A stretch of DNA of 64,000 bases, taken from positions 34,692 through 98,691 of the IMG/VR virus record IMGVR_UViG_3300043811_000032. One strand, given 5' to 3'. The notes under the pieces are model-generated. The model saw only the letters and a list, made by a program, of their open reading frames with translations, searched no databases and was not told where the DNA came from. Source of the stretch: a virus. The position numbers and the translations under genes were made by a program. Position 1 is the first letter of the stretch; every line of letters begins with the position of its first letter. Shown piece after piece: positions 10,115 through 18,421 of the stretch.

Positions 10115-10445
10115 AAGTGATCGGACTCCTGATCTCACCCTTGCGCTTGGCGTCGCGGTGCCAGTCTTCGAGGATCACGTTCTCGCCGCTGCTGATGTCG
10201 GCCGTCGCCAGCCAGGCGCTGAACGCCTTGAGCTTGGCCTTGTTCGCAGGGTCACTGCTCTGCAGCACCTTGGCCACCGCCTCCTGCAACAGCCGCTTAT
10301 TCTCCTGCTCCTCGTCCGTTAGCTGCCGCTTCTGCTCCACTCGGAACCATCGGTGCAGAGCGATCAGGTTGCGGAAGGTCTGACTCATCAGCTCTCCGAA
10401 GAGCTTCTGGACGTGTGCCTTCTCGGCCCGTTGCTCCTGGTTCAC
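10107..10445 (-). CDS. Hypothetical protein
   Basis: Coupled ORF. Confidence 0.6.
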   Translation of the reverse strand: MNQEQRAEKAHVQKLFGELMSQTFRNLIALHRWFRVEQKRQLTDEEQENKRLLQEAVAKVLQSSDPANKAKLKAFSAWLATADISSGENVILEDWHRDAKRKGEIRSPITYG

Positions 10446-11074
10446 AACAGATCCCCCTGCTGCACCAGCACGGTCGAGCCATCGGACTCCACTGCGTCCA
10501 CAAACTCCTCGTAGACGGCGCCGTCACGACCCGGGCCACCGCACAAGTCGACGACCGGAATGTTGGTAAGCATCTGGTCCAAGGCATGACAGTAGTTGCC
10601 GCTGTGCTGCGGTCCCGGATCGAGCGGCTCGGTAGCACCGGTCTGCGTGACGATGATGACCTTGATCGGCTTGCCCGTCATCTGCTCGTACTTGTCGAGA
10701 TGGTTGACGAGCTGGTCGGTCGCACAGAGCAGGAAGTTGATCCGCGGCACCACGCAGATCGGCAGCATCCCCGCCATCGCCATGCCCATCGCCATGCCGA
10801 GCTGCGTGTTCTCGAACACCGGCAGCTCTAACTTGCGGTCGTCGGGCAGGCCCAGCTCCGCGATCTGCTTGCTGATGGCATGAGCAGGATAGCGAACGCC
10901 TTGGCCAAGAAAGATTGCGTTGGACTGCTCGGCCAGCAGCTTCATCCCGCGCATGATCTCGGTGCGGTAGTTCATCTTTGGTAGCTGAACTAGAGTCTCC
11001 CCGTGGGACATAGCCTCTTGCAGCCGCTTGATGCGACCGGCATCTTTCGACCGAGGGTCAGTACAGTCGTGCAT
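10442..11074 (-). CDS. TPP-dependent E1 beta-like subunit (pyrimidine-binding domain only)
   Basis: FLGQGV, ELPVFENTQLGMAMGMA, ATDQLVN, GPQHS; no C-terminal transketolase domain; start may be 10975. Confidence 0.8.
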   Translation of the reverse strand: MHDCTDPRSKDAGRIKRLQEAMSHGETLVQLPKMNYRTEIMRGMKLLAEQSNAIFLGQGVRYPAHAISKQIAELGLPDDRKLELPVFENTQLGMAMGMAMAGMLPICVVPRINFLLCATDQLVNHLDKYEQMTGKPIKVIIVTQTGATEPLDPGPQHSGNYCHALDQMLTNIPVVDLCGGPGRDGAVYEEFVDAVESDGSTVLVQQGDLL

Positions 11075-11083
11075 CGTTGCTCC

Positions 11084-11350
11084 TCACTGTTGCTCTTCTC
11101 GCTGTATGAGTTGGTCCAGCGGGCTCAGCTCCTCGCTCGCCAGCCAGTGCATCGTCATCCGTCGGAAGTTCCGCTGTCGCAACGTCGGTCGTCGCTCTGG
11201 CTCGTGCGGCCCCTCGTAAGTATCCCGCCTCAGTACCACCGGCTTGCCCATCACAAAGTTGGGCGGTCCTAGCAGATCATCGATTTCCCTGAGCGTCAGG
11301 CCCTGCATCCGCAACTGGAACCGGCTGCGGTCGCGTGCGTAGGCTGGCAT
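11084..11350 (-). CDS. Hypothetical protein
   Basis: ORF between the E1 alpha and beta genes. Confidence 0.55.
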   Translation of the reverse strand: MPAYARDRSRFQLRMQGLTLREIDDLLGPPNFVMGKPVVLRRDTYEGPHEPERRPTLRQRNFRRMTMHWLASEELSPLDQLIQREEQQ

Positions 11351-11368
11351 TCCGTTGCCCTCGTTAGT

Positions 11369-12052
11369 TTACATCCCGCCTGTAGGTTGAAGTTGCTTGG
11401 CGCCAAAGTCGATAAAGCGACCAGCACCCATGTGCGGCCAGCCGAGTTCGTAGCGGTAGCGCACGCTAGTCAGTCTTCTGCTGCCGTACATCGCCTCGAT
11501 GCCGGGGTCAGAAGACCTGGTCTTACCCCATACCTCCGCCGTCGGCGTGTTCACGCACTTGCCGTTATCCTCGACCACGTAGGTGATCGGCAGATCGTGG
11601 TTGGCGGCATAACGGGTGCACTCGGCGAACGCTCCCATCTCCGCGGCCATGTCGCCGACGAAACACCAAACGTGTCCTAGCTTGTAGACTCCGTCATTAT
11701 CTCGGCTCAGCAACTTCTCGTGTTTGATCGACCACGCCACACCTAGTGCGATGGGCAGGTTGCCGCCGCAGATGGCACTGCTGTAGAACCGCCGCTCGGG
11801 CACGCAGATCGTGATGGACTCGCCCTTGAGGATCTTCGCCATCAGCTCGTCGCGGGGGATGCCGTGGAGTAACGCATGGTAGTGACTTCTCCACGTTGAA
11901 AATACGTAGTCATGCGGCTTGACTCGCTTGAAGACCTCGATGAGCTGATCTTCGTTGCCAGCGCTCAGGTGCACTGGTGCGCGGATCTTACCGGCGTTGT
12001 AGGCCGTGGCGACCTCTTGCTCGAAGTCGATCAGTTCCTGCTTGGTGACCAC
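11369..12052 (-). CDS. TPP-dependent E1 alpha-like subunit (short)
   Basis: HLSAGNE, STWRSHYHAL, VGDMAAEMG...VEDN TPP-binding motif. Confidence 0.85.
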   Translation of the reverse strand: MVTKQELIDFEQEVATAYNAGKIRAPVHLSAGNEDQLIEVFKRVKPHDYVFSTWRSHYHALLHGIPRDELMAKILKGESITICVPERRFYSSAICGGNLPIALGVAWSIKHEKLLSRDNDGVYKLGHVWCFVGDMAAEMGAFAECTRYAANHDLPITYVVEDNGKCVNTPTAEVWGKTRSSDPGIEAMYGSRRLTSVRYRYELGWPHMGAGRFIDFGAKQLQPTGGM

Positions 12053-12057
12053 TGGTG

Positions 12058-12429
12058 CTAGTCCTCTTCGGGGATGCTGCGAAGCCTCGACATATCCATC
12101 ACGGGCACTGGTGCATGGGGCACAGCCAAGTCTGCTCGCTTGCGGGCTTCCCGTTCCCGCGTCTCGCGAGTCAACCGCTCCTCCGCCAGCTCCTGCAACA
12201 ACTCAGGGGGACCCGACAGCGTGCCGGTGTCGTCGAACTCCGCCACCCGGTCACCGATCTGCACCGAAATACTGCTGGTACCGCCGACGTGAATGCCTTG
12301 GCTACGACGGTCGAGTGGACGTGCCTGGCAAGCCATAATACCTTGCAGCAAGTCGCACTCCAAACCGGCGAACGCCTCGTTGAAGCCCTTGATGAAGTTG
12401 CGGACCCAACGCTCGGTAATCTGGCTCAT
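12058..12429 (-). CDS. Hypothetical protein
   Basis: GGAGG RBS, ATGA overlap. Confidence 0.55.
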   Translation of the reverse strand: MSQITERWVRNFIKGFNEAFAGLECDLLQGIMACQARPLDRRSQGIHVGGTSSISVQIGDRVAEFDDTGTLSGPPELLQELAEERLTRETREREARKRADLAVPHAPVPVMDMSRLRSIPEED

Positions 12430-12614
12430 CGATGCCTCCTCCGCTGTTGCTGCCGCCACTTGGTAACGGCGCAGGCGTTCTGGTGCTGGTCGTCGTCGAG
12501 TCCTTGCAGGCGGAACGTGCAAGTGCAGGCCGGCTCTTTGCCTAGATAGCGAGAACAGTCTTTGTCATGCTCTCCTCGCAGATCTCGTTCGCACTCGCTG
12601 CACTCAACACTCAT
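12426..12614 (-). CDS. Small Cys/His-rich protein
   Basis: CSEC...H...C, CTC...H...C. Confidence 0.55.
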   Translation of the reverse strand: MSVECSECERDLRGEHDKDCSRYLGKEPACTCTFRLQGLDDDQHQNACAVTKWRQQQRRRHR

Positions 12615-13696
12615 CACTTGCCTCCCACGTGCATCACCAGTCGCCTGTTGCCGATGCCAACATCGTACAGGGCGTTGGCACACGCCATCGTCAGGTCGCC
12701 GTGGTGCCGCACCCCACCGGCCGTGCCGCGGTGCTCCAAGTGAGTGTTGACCGCGTCGACCCCGCCCTTACGGATGTCCTGGAAGCTCTTCAGCTCCGCC
12801 ATGAAGTGCTGGTACTCGCCCTTGAAGTACCGCTGCTCATATTCGTCGTCTCCCTCGTAGCGGAACCGCAGCTTGCGGCAGGCGGTACAACCGAAAGCAT
12901 GCTGGCCGCTGACTCGGGTTAGCTCCGCTGCATCGTACTCCAGCCCCTCACCGTCGCTGAACTGCACACCCACACCATCGCTGCCAACGTAGACTACCGT
13001 GCCCGTCTCGCCCTCACGCTCGCCCTTCCACACCTTGGCCAGGTCCTTGATCTTCCAGTCCCGCAGGCCGACAGGGAAGTCGCAGTTGCGGCATGGGCTG
13101 GCGATGCGTGCCTGCTGGTACAGGTTGAGGATGTTAACCAGCTCCAGCTTCGGCACCGTCCTGCGCTGACGTCCCTTGCGGTCCGTGTGCATCATCGGGT
13201 TGGCGTTGCTCGTGATGCTGGTGATGGGGCTGACCCTACCGTGGAACCCCATCTGCTGGAGGAGCAGCCTGAGTTCGGCGCACCAACTCACCCCGCTGCC
13301 GTCGGGGACAACCGACACGTCGCCCGTGTTCTGCAATCCGACAGCGAGTGCCGCCACGTCGTTCTTGATATCGAGGTAGAAGTCCGGGTCACCGGTCGGC
13401 CAGCGCTGCAGCCAGATCACGTCCACGTGCGGATCGCGCGGCCCCATGAACCGCTCGTCGTAGATCCGGGTCCGCACCACCGCCATCGCCGCCGGATCGA
13501 CCATCGCCCCCAGGTCGACACCGATCACGAACAGCTGCCGCACTAGGTCGCCGCTGTCCTCGGCCCGCAGCCGCAGCTCGTGGCGATGCTGCCCGAGCCG
13601 GTAGTCACCATCGATAGGCCGGTCGCGCTGCTGCTGACCGGAGCGACCAAGTACTCCGGGGCGGCGCTGCGGCATCATGTGGCTGGGGAAGATCAT
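12614..13696 (-). CDS. Terminase large subunit nuclease (RNase H-fold) domain, stand-alone gene
   Basis: FVIGVDLG..D.AAMAVV, VVPDGSGV, AELKSF, HHGDLTMACANA; follows the ATPase gene. Confidence 0.75.
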   Translation of the reverse strand: MIFPSHMMPQRRPGVLGRSGQQQRDRPIDGDYRLGQHRHELRLRAEDSGDLVRQLFVIGVDLGAMVDPAAMAVVRTRIYDERFMGPRDPHVDVIWLQRWPTGDPDFYLDIKNDVAALAVGLQNTGDVSVVPDGSGVSWCAELRLLLQQMGFHGRVSPITSITSNANPMMHTDRKGRQRRTVPKLELVNILNLYQQARIASPCRNCDFPVGLRDWKIKDLAKVWKGEREGETGTVVYVGSDGVGVQFSDGEGLEYDAAELTRVSGQHAFGCTACRKLRFRYEGDDEYEQRYFKGEYQHFMAELKSFQDIRKGGVDAVNTHLEHRGTAGGVRHHGDLTMACANALYDVGIGNRRLVMHVGGK

Positions 13697-13803
13697 CGAT
13701 CCAACCCATAGAACCAACGACCAAGCGGGGACCACGATGGATCAAACAAAATACCCCATACAACCAACCCCATCGCTGCCCAGAAGAACCAAGGAGCATC
13801 CAT
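13693..13803 (-). CDS. 36-aa Trp-rich membrane peptide between the terminase halves
   Basis: MDAPWFFWAAMGLVVWGILF...; starts 1 nt after the ATPase stop; ATGA overlap with the nuclease gene. Confidence 0.5.
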   Translation of the reverse strand: MDAPWFFWAAMGLVVWGILFDPSWSPLGRWFYGLDR

Positions 13804-13804
13804 C

Positions 13805-14620
13805 TCAGTTGCTCTCGTACAGTCCACCCCAGCCGCGGTCCACGTCGCCGAAGAAGCTGTGGACCTCTGCCAGGAACTCGGTCTCGTACTCTTGCTTGAT
13901 CCACCAGTCACCATGCGACTGCCGCTCCGTCTCGATGAACTGCGGTGTGATACGTGGGCAGTCGCGCCACGTATACCTGTGCCGCATCCAGTCCTTGCGG
14001 CGATTACCTTGCCACTCCTCGTAGAAGAACCCCCGCTGCCCATATGGTGTGGATAGCAGTGCCAGCCTCGACTTGATGCCTGTAGTAGCCTCGCTCACTG
14101 CCAGCATGGGCGTCACCACCGCGTAGAACTCGTCCTTGATGCGGGCTGCCTCGTCGATGCCCAGCAGCGTCACGCCGTGCTCGCCGATGATCGTATCGCC
14201 CGAGCAGGGCAGCGCTACCATCCTGCCACCGTTGGCTAGCTCCAACTCGTGCATCGTGTCCCGTGCGATATCTACCAAGTTAAGCCGCTGTGCGTACCCC
14301 TTAGCTCGAGCGATCAACCGCATCGCTTGTCGATCCGAGCGGCTCAGAATCATGGCGAAGCCGCCCAGTGCCGCTTCCAAGTACGCCGCACACGCAAACG
14401 TCTCTGTCTTGCCTCCTCCACGAGTAGTGCACATAAGTACGTTGTCTTGGCGCGTGACCAGTTCAACCAGAGCCTTCCGCTGCCACGGGTCTGGAGTCGG
14501 CATCGCCCGCCACGGTTGCAACCACAACCGAGCGGCGGAATCTCCTCGCAACGCCCGGCTCAACAGTTGCTGCTGCCGGCTGCTCAAACGGGACAGTTGG
14601 CTTGTCCAATCCGCTGACAC
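13805..14620 (-). CDS. terL: Terminase large subunit ATPase domain
   Basis: PDPWQ, Walker A TRGGGKT, Walker B LGIDEAA, LLSTPYGQRGFFY, QEYETEF. Confidence 0.9.
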   Translation of the reverse strand: MSADWTSQLSRLSSRQQQLLSRALRGDSAARLWLQPWRAMPTPDPWQRKALVELVTRQDNVLMCTTRGGGKTETFACAAYLEAALGGFAMILSRSDRQAMRLIARAKGYAQRLNLVDIARDTMHELELANGGRMVALPCSGDTIIGEHGVTLLGIDEAARIKDEFYAVVTPMLAVSEATTGIKSRLALLSTPYGQRGFFYEEWQGNRRKDWMRHRYTWRDCPRITPQFIETERQSHGDWWIKQEYETEFLAEVHSFFGDVDRGWGGLYESN

Positions 14621-15149
14621 CGTTCACCTCTGGAGGAAGGGAGCCGAGCAAGCCGGCGACTGCCGTGGCCAAGTCCGCTCGGTCATCCTCGGCCTCAACC
14701 TTCTGTTCCGACCCCGATCCCAGTTGCACCGCCACCGCCGCTTTGAGGAAGTTCGCCTTGCGGTCCGACGCCCGCTTGTCCCACTCGCCCAGTGCCATCC
14801 GAGATAACCCACACAGCGGGCTCTCTGGGTCTAGCGCGTCTTCCAGCTCAGCCTCGATGATCGCTCGGCGTTCACTGGGAGTCAACCCATCATCAGGGTC
14901 GCTCAGCGTTACCAGCGTCTGCCGCAACCGCTCCTGCAAGTCTACCTGTGCCAGCGGGATAGCCTCAGCCAACAACCTCTCCGTCGTCGCTGCCCGTCGC
15001 TTACGTCGAGCTGCGTTCTTCTTGCTCCTCTTGGCCTGCTGCTCGGCCTTGGTGTGGGTCTTGAGAGGCTTCATCTGTGATCGGGTCCGTTTAGTCCCGT
15101 TACTACCCCGCCCGCTCGTTTTTCTGGTCCGTTTCTTACCTAAGCCCAT
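14463..15149 (-). CDS. Putative terminase small subunit
   Basis: Directly upstream of terL; basic N-terminus, helical; positional call only. Confidence 0.4.
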   Translation of the reverse strand: MGLGKKRTRKTSGRGSNGTKRTRSQMKPLKTHTKAEQQAKRSKKNAARRKRRAATTERLLAEAIPLAQVDLQERLRQTLVTLSDPDDGLTPSERRAIIEAELEDALDPESPLCGLSRMALGEWDKRASDRKANFLKAAVAVQLGSGSEQKVEAEDDRADLATAVAGLLGSLPPEVNGVSGLDKPTVPFEQPAAATVEPGVARRFRRSVVVATVAGDADSRPVAAEGSG

Positions 15150-15188
15150 GCGATGTATAGTATAATAGCCGAAAACAAGGGGCCGCTC

Positions 15189-15674
15189 ATGACCACCGCA
15201 TACGCCGCCGATGCCGCCCACCTCATCCGCGTAGCCCGCAAGGTATGCCGCCGTGCCGGCTTCCCCGTAGACGCCGACCCCGAGTACGATAGCGCCATCA
15301 ACTACGCCGTATGCCTCGCTGTGGCCAAGTACAAGCCAGGCAAGAAGTCCCTGTGCACCACTGCCTGCGACTACGCCATCCACAAGTGCATCCAGGCGAG
15401 GAAGACCATAGCCCGTTGGCGTCGTCAGGACGCTGCTGGGGCTAGCCGTCCGCAAGCCCTGGACCGTGGCCGTGCCCTGCTACCCGACCCCTTCCCCATC
15501 GCCATCCCGCTCCTCGACCGGCAAGTGCTGGACTTCGTTGCCGCCCAGATCGGCACCGGCTGTCCCAACCGCGGGCGGAGCCGTGCTGCTCGGCTGCTCC
15601 AAATGACCCGCCCCTCCCTCGACCGGTTGCTGGACGACATCTTCCTGCGCAACCCGAGCCTGCTCAGCCTTTGA
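15189..15674 (+). CDS. Sigma-70-like / HTH transcription factor
   Basis: AVAKYKPGKKSLCTTA resembles sigma region 2; C-terminal HTH AARLLQMTRPSL; TATAAT at 15161. Confidence 0.5.
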   Translation: MTTAYAADAAHLIRVARKVCRRAGFPVDADPEYDSAINYAVCLAVAKYKPGKKSLCTTACDYAIHKCIQARKTIARWRRQDAAGASRPQALDRGRALLPDPFPIAIPLLDRQVLDFVAAQIGTGCPNRGRSRAARLLQMTRPSLDRLLDDIFLRNPSLLSL

Positions 15675-16184
15675 CCTGTTTCGCCCGCTGCCCGATGGCG
15701 TGGTCGGCTTCACCACCACCCCTACGCCGTGCCCGTTCTTCTCCGCCTCGATCTTCGCCGCTCGGCCATTGCGGTACTCCTCGATCTGTGCCGCCCGCAG
15801 CTCCGCCGCCTTCGCCTTCGCCGCCTTGCGCAGCTCACGCCGGATCTCTTTCGCCTCCAGCTTGGCTCGTGCCTCGTCCTGCCGAGCCCGCCGCTTCTCC
15901 GCGATGCTGCGCAGGCGCTTGTCCTGCAGGTTCTGCGGCTCCTCCCAGTAGGCTGTCGCCGAGACCTGCGCGACGATCTCCCGCACCCGCAGGGCATCGT
16001 CGTTGAAGTACTCCACCACCTTGTCGCAGTGGGCGATCAGCCGATGCCCCGGTTGGTAGCAGCCGAGCAGGTAAGCCAGCAGCTCCGCCTCGTCCTCGGT
16101 CACCTGCAGCGGGCGCCACTGTGGCTGGAGGACGTAGCCCGTGGTCTGCTTCTTCTGGTGCTTGCGCTTCTTGCGTGGCATCAC
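15480..16184 (-). CDS. Hypothetical coiled-coil protein
   Basis: Coupled to the methylase; charged helical centre. Confidence 0.55.
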   Translation of the reverse strand: MMPRKKRKHQKKQTTGYVLQPQWRPLQVTEDEAELLAYLLGCYQPGHRLIAHCDKVVEYFNDDALRVREIVAQVSATAYWEEPQNLQDKRLRSIAEKRRARQDEARAKLEAKEIRRELRKAAKAKAAELRAAQIEEYRNGRAAKIEAEKNGHGVGVVVKPTTPSGSGRNRSKAEQARVAQEDVVQQPVEGGAGHLEQPSSTAPPAVGTAGADLGGNEVQHLPVEERDGDGEGVG

Positions 16185-18421
16185 TTCCTCTTGGGTATGA
16201 GGTGGCGATACGCAGGATACTTGTACAGGGCTCCCTCTATCCGTGGCACAGCGTTACAGCGCAGATATCGCTCCGATAGGTCGATCCCTACCGAATGTCG
16301 GCCGTGGTCGATACTGACCTCGCACGTAGTACCGCTCCCACAGAAGGGGTCCATAACTACGCACGGCACCACGTCGTAGTCGTAGCCGCAATGGCAACCC
16401 GGCTTCCAGCCCACCGTCTTCACCTCGACGCCGGCCACCGAGTTGGCGCAGCTGTTGCCCGTGCCCTCCTCGCCGGTCCGCTTGACGTAGTCGTTGGGTC
16501 GCTCCCGCTTCAGCTTCTTCTCCTCTGTCACCCGCTGCCACGGTGTGCCGCAGAAGCCGCAGGCGCCCTTCGCACTAGTGCCGGCGAGGATGCACGGCTC
16601 GATCAGTTTAGGTGGAAACGTGGCGAAGTGGGCACCAGGGTATCCGCCTGCACTAATAAGCCATACTGACCTCTTGTTCCGATTTGGTACACGGCCTAAT
16701 ACCGCTGAGGCGTGGTCTTCGTTGTGCGACACCTTCCCGTCGAACTCAGTGGACGCTTGCTTCGGAGCAAGCGTTCGAGGAGGTAAGTTAGCTGTGTCTG
16801 CCGGCTCCTTGATCGCCTCCGCGTCATAGAAGTAGTCCATCCCCTTCGTCAGCAGGAACACGTACTCATGCGCCTTGGTGCAACGGTTCCGCACGCTCTC
16901 GGGCATCGGCGACGGCTTGCTGTTATGGGTCAACACACCCGAAGCCAGTGCGAGCAGGTGTGGCTCGTCCTCAACGCCCAGTTCGTACACGTATCGCGAC
17001 TTCGCCTTGCGGACCTCCACAACCTCCAGCCGGTCCTTCTCGTTCCAGTGCCCGCTTCGTGCCTTCCTGATCTCCCCCTTGTATCCTTTCCGCGGTTTGC
17101 CTTTGTATATCCCGACACACGGATTCAATGTCAAGCAGTAGCCAAGCCGAGCGCAGACTGTCCGCAGATCCCTTTCCAAGTTAGCGTTCCTTGTGAACCC
17201 GAGTCGCCAGCGAACACCACCGTCGCTACCGTCTCCACTCAGGTAGCCGTCCAGCATCGCCTCCAAAAAGTCGTTGCCATACCGCCACACTACCGGCGAG
17301 AAGCCCTTGTCGTAAGCATCGACACCACTTACCAACTCCCTGATGACAGCACAGATTAACTTGCCATATACTCGGATGGTCTGATTGTTGCCGTCTACAG
17401 TCAACGTGGCAGAACCGCCGTAGTCCTCAGCAATCTTCTTTACAAACTCCCACCTGCTTACTTCGTTGACATGGCCCGACAGGCTGAACTTGTCCTTCCT
17501 ATCTCGCGTAACACCGCTGCCTTCGGCGATGTAGAGCCCTGCCAACCATGCCGCATCAAGCCCTACGTGTGACGGATCTCTTGGTTCCTTTGGTGCCGGC
17601 AGGCGACAGCCTTCCAGTACATCGCCAACCCTAATGTCTTTGGATTCAACAAGACCACGATCCTTTACTGGGAACCTATGCGTTGGCGTGCAAGAAATGC
17701 GCTCACCACTTCTAAGCACTAGCGTCCTCTCATCTCCGCACCGTGGCGACTTGCTCATCCCCTTGAGCTGTGTCCACTTATTGCCGTTCCATAGTTTGAC
17801 CGTGCTCGGTTTGAGCCGGTACAGATCCTTGAGTGTCATTGGCATGTCGCCCTTCTGCGTGCGAGCGTAGACCCACGTGCCACCACTCAGGCACCAAATT
17901 ATGTCCTGTCGCAGCACCCATCCATCAGCTTGCAACGCGAGGGCGACGCGCCACGGGACGCCGACGAGGTTGCCTGATCTTAAGCCGCTGGTGCCTCCGT
18001 CTTTTGGCCACGAGCCGGCCGATTCCGACTGCTTATCGTTCTCGAACTTCTTGCCAAAGTAGCGTTCGTTGAACCCGCTTTTCACGTCTCCACCACCTCC
18101 CGCTCCGCCGTAACTGTCACCTAAATTAAGCCATAGCACCCCGTCGTCCCGCAGCACCCGCCGCACCTCGCGAAACACCTCGACCATCGTGGCGACAAAC
18201 TCCTGCGGTGTCTTCTCACTGCCGATTTCCTGATGCTTGCTATCGTGCCCGTCCTCTAAGTACGAGCGGAGGCCCCAATAAGGCGGACTAGTCACGACAC
18301 AGTGAACGCTCTGGGTCTTGAGCCCGCGCAGGACGTCTGTGACGTTGCCGTGATATATCTTCACGGTCTCTTGGTCCGAGGTCATCCAGTAGGGCGGCAC
18401 TGCCCTGACGTGTATCGGCAT
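16181..18421 (-). CDS. DNA N4-C/N6-A methyltransferase (beta class) containing an intein
   Basis: VTSPPYW (motif IV), HFATFP, DPFCGSGTT (motif I). Confidence 0.92.
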   Translation of the reverse strand: MPIHVRAVPPYWMTSDQETVKIYHGNVTDVLRGLKTQSVHCVVTSPPYWGLRSYLEDGHDSKHQEIGSEKTPQEFVATMVEVFREVRRVLRDDGVLWLNLGDSYGGAGGGGDVKSGFNERYFGKKFENDKQSESAGSWPKDGGTSGLRSGNLVGVPWRVALALQADGWVLRQDIIWCLSGGTWVYARTQKGDMPMTLKDLYRLKPSTVKLWNGNKWTQLKGMSKSPRCGDERTLVLRSGERISCTPTHRFPVKDRGLVESKDIRVGDVLEGCRLPAPKEPRDPSHVGLDAAWLAGLYIAEGSGVTRDRKDKFSLSGHVNEVSRWEFVKKIAEDYGGSATLTVDGNNQTIRVYGKLICAVIRELVSGVDAYDKGFSPVVWRYGNDFLEAMLDGYLSGDGSDGGVRWRLGFTRNANLERDLRTVCARLGYCLTLNPCVGIYKGKPRKGYKGEIRKARSGHWNEKDRLEVVEVRKAKSRYVYELGVEDEPHLLALASGVLTHNSKPSPMPESVRNRCTKAHEYVFLLTKGMDYFYDAEAIKEPADTANLPPRTLAPKQASTEFDGKVSHNEDHASAVLGRVPNRNKRSVWLISAGGYPGAHFATFPPKLIEPCILAGTSAKGACGFCGTPWQRVTEEKKLKRERPNDYVKRTGEEGTGNSCANSVAGVEVKTVGWKPGCHCGYDYDVVPCVVMDPFCGSGTTCEVSIDHGRHSVGIDLSERYLRCNAVPRIEGALYKYPAYRHLIPKRK
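16922..17893 (-). mobile_element. Intein with LAGLIDADG endonuclease (324 aa) in the DNA methylase
   Basis: IIW|CLSGGT...CTPTHRF...WLAGLYIAEG...LDGYLSGDG...GVLTHN|S. Confidence 0.92.

Noticed and set aside
10442-12052. Pyruvate dehydrogenase as an energy-metabolism auxiliary gene
   Set aside because: Subunits are truncated, there is no E2/E3, and the context is sugar biosynthesis
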